DNA of 64,000 nucleotides, taken from NCBI GenBank assembly GCA_965235115.1, contig OZ249436.1, forward strand, positions 14,138,001-14,202,000, read 5' to 3'. Positions within the stretch are counted from its first letter, which is position 1; each line of letters opens with the position of its first letter. The position numbers and the translations under genes are program-made. Below are positions 44,121-52,521 of the stretch, one piece after another. The DNA comes from Laetmonice hystrix. Taxonomy: Eukaryota. The notes beneath the pieces were generated by a model. It was not told where the DNA came from. It did not search any database and worked only from the letters and a program-made list of their open reading frames with translations.

Positions 44121-45226
44121 AAGGATGCGAAAGTCTATCATTGAATTAAACTGTGAACAAGAAATCGAATGATCAAATGTCGGTATGGCAACCAGCCACA
44201 GATTAGCAGATATCAGCCTATATAATTCTATGCTAAAATGTCTCCTCCTGAACCGCTTGCACAGTGCTGCCGCCATGCGGAAAAGGCGGCGACAAGGTGC
44301 CTCCATTCGGAAAACCTCGGCCCAACTTCCGGTCAGTCCCGAGGTGGGCCGAATGAAGGTACCTCATTACATTTAGGTCAATTCTATGACATTGTCGGTC
44401 TGGCTCAAGACGTTGTTTCATTTTTATATTCGTGATATTGCATTGTATAATGACGCACTGCAGGTGACCCAACCGAATTACATCATACTTTTGGGATTTC
44501 GCTTTTCCTATTTGTGTGACCACGGCCATTATAGGTACACTGCCACAATATTTTAAAGGCCCCCAGAAGTTTCATGCTTACTTAATTGAATGCATGCCTT
44601 GATGCATTTGCTCAAATCCCACTCTACAATCTGTTTTACATTTTTAACAGTTGCATCCTCAATTGTTAAAGGCAAAATATTAAACGACGCGCATGTTATT
44701 TCAACTTAGATAATATAGAAAATATAGTTCCAACATAAGAGATATAGTATAAGTGGTATAAGCCATGAACGAAACAATTCGACGGACCTTCAATTATCCT
44801 ATATTATTTCCAATTTTCAGAAGGTAGGTGGTATTTTTCATTGTCGCCTGCCTGCCAGCTCATTTCCCAAGGCGTAAAAAAACATTATGTATAGAGGACT
44901 ATGTGATTACAGATGTGTTACAGCACTCACATTTGCTGATTATGAAACGATCTTACCGTGAGGATGTATCCCAAAGCCGTGGGCGGTAGTCTCACACGGG
45001 CGAATTTTTATTCACACTATAGCATAACGTATCAGTGCCGATAAAACGCGATTTATTCGCTCTTTTTTGAAATATTGATTTGCAAAGATTGTAGCAGCAT
45101 TTCAGTCTCACCACTTGCTAATGAAGTTAGATAGAAAATTCCTCCGAGGGTGCTGTCAGGCTCACGGCGATTATCATTATTACGTTACACGAAAATCCTT
45201 CCAGCAAGCGACAGGCGAAGTCTTTA

Positions 45227-45558
45227 TTTCAGCACAATAACTCGCACTCCCAATTTGTAGAAGTTTTATTCCACTAAACATTGCAGTTTCTCGCTGTTGA
45301 ATATTAATCCATGTTACACATTGTCTTGTCCCCCCCGAAACTTCGGGAAAGGGTAAACCGATGCGGGAAATCTGCTCAAGTGATTTAATGTCAATGTCCT
45401 TCTCGCCCTCCCGTGGCTACGGGAAAGGGCCAGGATATAACTTTCTTGTCCATAACGTAAGTCTTCTTAGTTCTAGTTCCCCGTGGCTACGGGCAGAACC
45501 GAGAACCATCATTATTTGTTGGGCCCTACGGCCAAACAGGTGACCAAAGGAACCTGGG
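45227..45558 (-). repeat. Split direct repeat B2 (332 bp, 3' terminal)
   Basis: Identical by eye to 45768-46099 (offset 541). The ORF track gives the same 60-aa translation at 45361 and 45902. Confidence 0.97.
45265..45270 (-). promoter_or_regulatory. Candidate AATAAA polyadenylation signal near the element 3' end (also at 45806-45811 in B1)
   Basis: Plus-strand tttatt reads AATAAA on the coding strand, about 40 nt before the end of repeat B. Confidence 0.4.
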
Positions 45559-45580
45559 AGGCGCCGGGGATGGAGGCGGG

Positions 45581-45770
45581 CAGCAACCTGTTCACGTGCC
45601 TTCTCAACTCACACTGGCTTTCAAACTTTGCCCCTTAGCAACATCCCGCGCCAGTCTGCGCACGCACCTTATCCAGACTGGCGCACCTTATCCAGTTCCG
45701 GCTAAGACACACTCAACTTCGCGCTCCTTGTTGTGCTGAAAATCTATTTCGTGTCACGAAATTCCTCTTT
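45581..45770 (-). repeat. Split direct repeat A2 (190 bp)
   Basis: cagcaacctgttcacgtgcc...cacgaaattcctcttt is identical by eye to 52332-52521. Confidence 0.97.
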
Positions 45771-46099
45771 CAGCACAATAACTCGCACTCCCAATTTGTA
45801 GAAGTTTTATTCCACTAAACATTGCAGTTTCTCGCTGTTGAATATTAATCCATGTTACACATTGTCTTGTCCCCCCCGAAACTTCGGGAAAGGGTAAACC
45901 GATGCGGGAAATCTGCTCAAGTGATTTAATGTCAATGTCCTTCTCGCCCTCCCGTGGCTACGGGAAAGGGCCAGGATATAACTTTCTTGTCCATAACGTA
46001 AGTCTTCTTAGTTCTAGTTCCCCGTGGCTACGGGCAGAACCGAGAACCATCATTATTTGTTGGGCCCTACGGCCAAACAGGTGACCAAAGGAACCTGGG
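45768..46099 (-). repeat. Split direct repeat B1 (332 bp, just downstream of the YR stop)
   Basis: Copy of 45227-45558. Overlaps A2 by TTT (45768-45770). Confidence 0.97.
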
Positions 46100-46112
46100 C
46101 CCAACATAACCC

Positions 46113-47000
46113 CTAAAACAGAAGGCGAATGTATTTACGAAAAGCGTCTGACCGCCATCTACCCAACAGACTGATCTGAGCATCTGAGTACCCCGCCCTG
46201 GCCGGTTCAGAGGCGGCTCCTATCCTGAAACTATGGCCCTTGAAATGAGTGGTGTCCATCCCACATGCCATAAAAGGCTTAAGTAAGGCAACAACCCGGA
46301 AGTATGTATACCGCACCCCTGACACTCAAAAAACTCAGTCAACAATCTAACAGGACACATCACGTGATATGAACCCAAGGCCAACTGAATCCGCCGGGGA
46401 ACCGACGAGGTACCCATGGACACCAACCCTAAACTGTATCACTGGAACACCAAACCGTATACTCGGATACCAACCCCAACTGCATCACTGGAACACTAAC
46501 CCGTAAACTGGGACACCAACCCCAACCTGTATCACATATATTAGGGTTGTTAACCGCCAACATTATACTTTATCCAATCCACCAGAGCTACCTTACAGTA
46601 CGTTACAATCCATATTGACGCTCATCACCTGCTCTCCACGTCCCGCGACGGACCAACGGTAGAATTAACATAAACTTCACCTAGCAAGTTCATTTAATTG
46701 AAAATTATCATCAGCTCAAAACATCCGTTCTAGGACGACGAACTTAGACCCTTATAGCTGTCACCTGGCTCTTAATAGCCCGAAACGTCAACCCCCCGCA
46801 CTAAAAACCAGGGATAAAACCCACTTTTAGGAAAAAAACCCTGGAAAAGCGTAAAGGTGACTACGATGATATTCTAAGGGTACCCATCAACTCGGCTATA
46901 CACAACCCATATACACACACCCAACTACCGTGGCATCCATACCCTGACCAAATCAAACAGGGATTCAGCAGTAAAACACCGCGTATACACACTGTACGTT
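46113..47000 (-). pseudogene. DIRS/Ngaro-type tyrosine recombinase, frameshifted; 5' boundary approximate
   Basis: C-terminal motifs FKGHSFRIGAAS...LLGRWRSDAFRKYIR (HxxR, W and catalytic Y) at 46113-46325. MCPVRLL lies in an adjacent frame. A weak N-terminal GLTFRAIKSQVTAI segment lies near 46750-46810. Confidence 0.9.
46418..46535. repeat. About 46-bp tandem repeat (2.5 copies) inside the YR remnant
   Basis: Unit ggacaccaaccc(t/c)aactgtatcactggaacac(c/t)aa(a/c)ccgta..., starting at 46418, about 46465 and 46511. Confidence 0.8.
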
Positions 47001-47574
47001 GGTATATCTCATTGGTATATCTCTAAATCATAGTCAATCGTTCTTTCACATTAACTAGCAACATAATGTCCCCTAGTCACTAGCTGGGATGTCCGATGCA
47101 CGCGACTCCCATCCGCAGGAGTCAGCCTTGTCCGGCAGGATCGTGTCATGGTTTTCTATCCAGATTTTTCTACCTAGGGAGACACCCGCTCACTCTCACC
47201 AACTTGTCGCAGGTCTTGATTTCACCCCCTTGGGGGGCGGAATGGCCATCTGCAGCCACCCCAAGCATTCCGTGTTCCCTCCAATCGCATTGACCTCACC
47301 AGGGGCTGGGAGTCAACCCTTTCACACCGACGCCCAGACTCCTTGATCCACCAGGCGACACCTCCGTGGCACCAATCGTATTCTGTCGTCGACGACCCCG
47401 TTATCTTCCTGAAGACTATAACGAATCCAAGACCAAGCTCCATCGTTTCAGCTCATCCAATGGTCGACATGGCAATGAAAATTTAAAACAACAATATAAT
47501 ATCAATATTACCAATCATAAGGATCATTCCTTTGCCAACCCATCTGGACCCCTATTGCACCAATCTGATGACAC

Positions 47575-48160
47575 CATGGATACGCACATGTAAGAAGCCG
47601 CCCTCATTGGGATAGTATTTGCGTAATAGAACTTAGAGTCCCATTTTTACCCCAGTAATTAGTAATCCTTTGTGTGTATGGGGATAATTTTAAAGGCGGA
47701 CCTTCAGTTTTCAGTTTTTGGCATAAAGGTTCCATTGCCTATTCGTTTTATAATAGCTACAGCATCACCCAACGTAGCATATTACACAGTCTTCTCTTCA
47801 AAAGGTATGTGCTAATTCACTCTCACTGACTCCCCAAACGGATGGGACAATTTATGGATAAAGCAATACTCCCTCTGGAACTTTCTTCGGATCGAGACGA
47901 ACAAGAGAAACATGGAATTTAGGTAACTGTGGATGAGAAAATGGGCCCGCAACACGGGACACTGCCAATTCCTTTTCCCCACTTTCAGGGTCATCACCGT
48001 CATCTGCTGTTGATCCATTTCAGGGTTGGAACTTCTATATCGCAACCAAAACCCTAGGCTAAATCCCAGTTTAAGATACAAAACTTTATCGGGGCAATAA
48101 CCCGCTCTTAATAATGACTCCTTGAGTCTAGAACCTACAACTGGAGTCGGAAGTGCCAAG
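47575..48160 (-). pseudogene. N-terminal half of a DIRS/Ngaro-type reverse transcriptase; frameshifted and truncated
   Basis: Across frames: LPTPVVGSRL..YCPDKVLYLKLGFSLGFWLRY, RVAGPFSHP, DPKK, IHKLSHPFGESV, YATLGDAVAIIKRIGNG, SAFKIIPIHTKDY*LLG, KWDSKFYYANTIPM. No YxDD or RNase H motif seen afterwards. Confidence 0.85.
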
Positions 48161-48303
48161 CACACCGGAGCAATTTCTTTCTGAGCCTGCAACTGCAGGG
48201 ACTCAGTTGGCGCCACCACATGCATCTCCCCTGGACTTCCCGGTATCACCAAGGGCACTTCATGTGCCACCACTGGACAGCCTTTGGAGACCAATTGATG
48301 TCT

Positions 48304-48365
48304 GCTGCCGTCGCTGCCGTCGCTGCCGTCGCTGCCGTCGCTGCCGTCGCTGCCGTCGCTGCCGT
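48304..48365. repeat. (GCTGCCGTC)x~7 minisatellite at the gag C-terminus
   Basis: Perfect 9-bp units, reading (GSD)n in the gag frame. Confidence 0.95.
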
Positions 48366-49330
48366 TCCAACGATGGAATTGAAGACAGTGGCCTATTGGG
48401 ATCCTGGAGGTCGGTCTTGGCCGTTGCACTCGCGGATGACCTGATTCCCCCGTCTGGACCGCCCCCCTACACATGACATATAAACTGGCATCCAAGGATA
48501 ATTCAACATTCAACTGGCCCCACATTATTGAACCATCTGTCACACCCCTTCTGAAGCTTTCATCGCACATTAACCAGTCGCCACCAGACGCTGCCACCTT
48601 TTTGACATACTGAGCATGGGAGATCAGAGATCATGACAAGTGTAGGTGGACCTTAATCAACATGGCATGGAATCGAGCAAACGCTTGGTCCCACTCCCCC
48701 ACATTCATAGCCAGTCTGGGAGCGTCTTCACCAGCCTCAACGTTGGACGAACCCGTCGCCTACGACCTTGACAACAACGAGGATAATTCCACATATTGAT
48801 TCTCCTAAATCTTATTTTTTAAGGAGGCTGAGACACTGGAAACCAGGGACGTTGATATTGTATTTCACTCACTACGGATTGAGCTCCCCCCATGTACCAG
48901 CAAACCAGTCAGCGTTGACGCTGATGATGGACCTTGAGGTGGAATCGTCGCAGCAGCCGACGCTGGCCCCGATGCTGAAGCTGAAGCTGCCTGTAGCCGA
49001 TGGATGAGTCGATGGCAACAGCACTTGCTGGGCGTGAAGATTCTGCGGCCCTAAAACCTGAACCGGATGTCTACCCCCCTGTACGCCTGTAGCTGCAGGA
49101 ACAACAAGGGGATCTGGCGTATTGCGTTCCAACACCGGCCTCAGCTGGTGCCTAAAGGCCAACACTGCCTCAGTCACGTCCTTCTCGACCGCCTGAAACA
49201 GCAGAATGGTTTCCAGCGAATTGTCATGACGGCCTGCCTGACGCGAAGCCCCGGGCGATGCTGGTGGAGCTTCGAGGAGGTCGCTTCTTCTAGTCTGTGC
49301 CGGCCGAACCCTTAACAAAATCAAGAACAT
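48366..49330 (-). pseudogene. Gag-like ORF1 of the YR retrotransposon, with stops and frameshifts
   Basis: VSASLKNKI*ENQYVELSSLL, MNVGEWDQAFARFHAML, VAASGGDWLMCDESFRR...WGQLNVEL and IGHCLQFH resemble conserved DIRS/Ngaro ORF1 blocks. Confidence 0.75.
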
Positions 49331-49423
49331 TCATTAACCATTGCATTAATCCTTTATATATATCACACACCGCATGAGTAACAACACCTCGGCCTACACC
49401 ACAACCTCAAGCACATCACCAAC

Positions 49424-50322
49424 TCAATTCGCCCTGCTCAAGGCTTTCACCGATCTAATCAATACAGATCTAATACTGGTGAACAACTTAGCGTTCGCCA
49501 TGCGATTGTGATGTCAAAAATTTCCCCATAGGATTAGCATTGACAGGACCGACAGGTTTACAAAAACCAGCCTGTAGGCTGTATACTCACAATCCAACTT
49601 TCTAAACTATAAACCAAACATTATCCCAGAGTAACCATGCCAGCTATCATGTATTGTAACGTTGAATTATTAACAGCGACTTCACTGCAGAATGAAAATA
49701 TCTTAAAGTTGACTGTCACTCTTCCTCAGATGGCCATCGCAAACCAGCGAGGCTATCTGCTCCTTGTCCCGACAACGCGAATTCTCTTGAATTCTCGTGA
49801 CATACTTAGGCGCCCTATAGGCCTACTGGTGAACAACTTAGCGTTCCCATGGCTATTTAAATGCACCATCACGGAACATAAAGCCACCTGCCCCTATCGT
49901 ACGAGGACGACGCCAACACCTTCCTTCACCCGGGCATTAAAATGGTCTATCCTCGCTGAGTAGCTAATCAGGGACGGACCTCGGGTAGGTCCTCCGTCAA
50001 AAGCGGTACACACACAACCCTGCACACACCAAATTCCCCCGTGGCTCTTCTCACCACCATTATTAACCTCTCCCCCAATGGTCGCGGATGCACCTCGCTG
50101 TTGTTCGCCCCCATCATCAGGATGAGTATGTGGGGTTGATAGTCGTCCAGACAGTCCCACAGGGTTGGCGATCTTCTAAGTGGGCCTCTGTCCCTCCTTG
50201 GAAAGTCACGTCCACCTCCGCCACCCAAAGTTCTGTGAACGATGTGACTCGTCGATTTAGGTAGCTAACCGGCGAACATACGAATCGCCCATCATCAGCG
50301 CCTGTAACTTGAACTCCGCCAT
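49424..50322 (-). pseudogene. SGNH/GDSL-family hydrolase (esterase/lipase-like) ORF of the retroelement; frameshifted and interrupted
   Basis: ATG at 50322. Block I MAEFKLQALMMGDSYVRRL; block II VTFQGG; block III YQPHILILMMGANN; block V RDG[fs]HLNSHGNAKLFTS. After the insert the frame continues IRSVLIRSVKALSRAN* (stop at 49424-49426). Confidence 0.8.
49503..49823. other. 321-bp insertion into the SGNH ORF, flanked by a 23-28-bp direct duplication
   Basis: tactggtgaacaacttagcgttc(g)ccatg occurs at 49474-49502 and 49824-49851. Removing the insert and one copy restores a continuous C-terminal reading. Confidence 0.8.
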
Positions 50323-50406
50323 GACGAAACTGGCCCACTATCGCAAGGAATAATATTATAATCACCTAACATCAATTACAGTCATACATGTTAACGAATT
50401 AACCGG

Positions 50407-50510
50407 AGGGCGGGCAGGGGAGGGCAGGACAGGACAGGGCAGGGCAGGGCAGGGCAGGGCAGGGCAGGGCAGGGCAGGGCAGGGCAGGGCAGGGCAGGGC
50501 AGGGCAGGGC
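50407..50510. repeat. (AGGGC)n microsatellite
   Basis: About 15 perfect AGGGC units plus degenerate units. Confidence 0.95.
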
Positions 50511-50527
50511 AAAGCCAGGGAGGAAAT

Positions 50528-51608
50528 CCAAGTGCTGTCACCAACCATCACCATTGACAAGCACTGGCAACCAACAAGTACAAGTGGAACGCCATCTCAT
50601 GCACGTAGGCCATCTTGATGAGCGCAGAAACGGGAGGCGTCAACTCAAGCACATTGCCATCATTGCTAACACAATTACATCCGAGTGCTGTCACCAACCA
50701 TCGCCAACTTGACAAGCACCGGTGACGACCAATAAGGACAAGTGGAACGCCATCTCATGCACGTGGGCCGTATTGATGAGCGCGATTAAGGAAACGGGAG
50801 GCGTCACCTCAAGCACATTGCCATCGTTGATGAACGCAATTACATCCGAGTGCTGTCACCAACCATAGCCAACTTGACAAGCACCGGTGACGACCAATAA
50901 GGACAAGTGGAACGCCATCTCATGCACGTAGGCCGTATTGATCAGCGCGATTAAGGAAACGGGAGGCGTCACCTCAAGCACATTGCCATCGTTGATGAAC
51001 GCAATTACATCCGAGTGCTGTCACCAACCATAGCCAACTTGACAAGCACCGGTGACGACCAATAAGGACAAGTGGAACGCCATCTCATGCACGTAGGCCG
51101 TATTGATGAGCGCGATTAAGGAAACGGGAGGCGTCACCTCAAGCACATTGCCATCGTTGATGAACGCAATTACATCCGAGTGCTGTCACCAACCATAGCC
51201 AACTTGACAAGCACCGGTGACGACCAATAAGGACAAGTGGAACGCCATCTCATGCACGTGGGCCGTATTGATGAGCGGGAATAAGGAAACGGGAGGCGTC
51301 ACCTCAAGCACACTGCCATCGTTGATGAACGCAATTACATCCGAGTGCTGTCACCAACCATCGCCAACTTGACAAGCACCGGTGACGACCAATAAGGACA
51401 AGTGGAACGCCATCTCATGCACGTGGGCCGTATTGATGAGCGCGAATAAGGAAACGGGAGGCGTCACCTCAAGCACATTGCCGTCATTGATGAACGCAAT
51501 TACATCCGAGTGCTGTCACCAACCATAGCCAACTTGACAAGCACCGGTGACGACCAATAAGGACAAGTGGAACGCCATCTCATCCACGTAGGCCATTTTG
51601 ATGAGCGC
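50528..51608. repeat. 165-bp tandem array (about 6.5 copies) in the element 5' leader
   Basis: ccgagtgctgtcaccaacca starts at 50681, 50846, 51011, 51176, 51341 and 51506 (period 165). A divergent first unit starts near 50528. The unit has stops in all six frames. Confidence 0.95.
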
Positions 51609-52331
51609 GGGCAGGAACTGGCGGACCATAATACACAACATACACATACATTAAGCCTCAAAATATGCAGGCAACAGGCCTGCTAACATATATTCAATCA
51701 TATCACGGGCATCATTAAATTCATGAAGATCAACTGTCCGCACCAACCTCAACAATTTACCACGTTAATAACTAATTAATAACATAAGTGACAGGCACAA
51801 AGAACAGAATCAGTTATTTCCCTTTATAAATCACACACAAAGGGCTAGCACTGGCCGACCTTCATCGAGGTCACCCCTTCCCATGAAACGACTAAGTATA
51901 AAGACCACCCGGGAGCTCACTACCATACTCGACTCAAACGAAAACCTCCCGCACAGTACACCGTCATAACATACGCAAAAGTGTGGGTTGAAGAACCCGA
52001 CTCTCAGTAACCTGTCTTCACTACACAGGCCTTTCCGACCAATACCATACGCTATTGTGAGGGGTTAGCACACGCCACACAACGTGGCAGCCGCACCCAC
52101 TGAGTCGAGCAGGTCGTTGAGCGTCCTTGGCAACCAGTACAACAAAGAGCTAACTCTCGCTGCAATATTTCACCACAGACCGGGAGCTTACTAGGCCTAT
52201 GACCGAATTAATTGGGAAATAAAATACTTATCCGCATTTGTTCGTTGAGCAGATCCTATGAAGGCCACCGCAAATTCACTCCAATTAAAACGGCTTGGAC
52301 TACCACTGCAACTTGGCTCCCGCTCCACTCA

Positions 52332-52521
52332 CAGCAACCTGTTCACGTGCCTTCTCAACTCACACTGGCTTTCAAACTTTGCCCCTTAGCAACATCCCGC
52401 GCCAGTCTGCGCACGCACCTTATCCAGACTGGCGCACCTTATCCAGTTCCGGCTAAGACACACTCAACTTCGCGCTCCTTGTTGTGCTGAAAATCTATTT
52501 CGTGTCACGAAATTCCTCTTT
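52332..52521 (-). repeat. Split direct repeat A1 (190 bp, 5' terminal)
   Basis: Copy of 45581-45770. Similarity ends sharply at ...attcctcttt|agtgttacc. Confidence 0.97.

Larger units (their letters stand above)
45227..52521 (-). mobile_element. Ngaro-like (DIRS-order) tyrosine-recombinase retrotransposon with split direct repeats; decayed, probably non-autonomous
   Basis: Minus-strand order is A1 (52521-52332), SGNH, gag, RT, YR, B1 (46099-45768), A2 (45770-45581), B2 (45558-45227). This is the A1...B1A2B2 architecture of Ngaro elements. DIRS-type YR, RT and gag motifs are visible. There is no long TSD; both ends share only TTT. Confidence 0.92.

Noticed and set aside
45361..46084. Duplicated 60-aa gene (two identical ORFs)
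   Set aside because: A by-product of repeats B1/B2, antisense to the element, with no recognisable motif.
45227..46099. LTR pair or simple segmental duplication
   Set aside because: No TG...CA termini, PBS/PPT or 4-6-bp TSD. The distant A copy and the YR gene fit split direct repeats instead.
48153..48476. Protamine-like RCRRCR protein or poly-AAV protein
   Set aside because: Antisense translations of the 9-bp minisatellite.
50362..50544. (PCPAL)n protein
   Set aside because: Translation of the (AGGGC)n microsatellite.
50528..51608. CRISPR array or repeat-protein CDS (165 bp = 55 codons)
   Set aside because: No variable spacers, and stop codons occur in all six frames of the unit.
49310..52240. 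Spliced leader within the element (acceptor-like sites before SGNH and gag)
   Set aside because: Donor sites are weak or non-canonical; this cannot be supported without RNA data.
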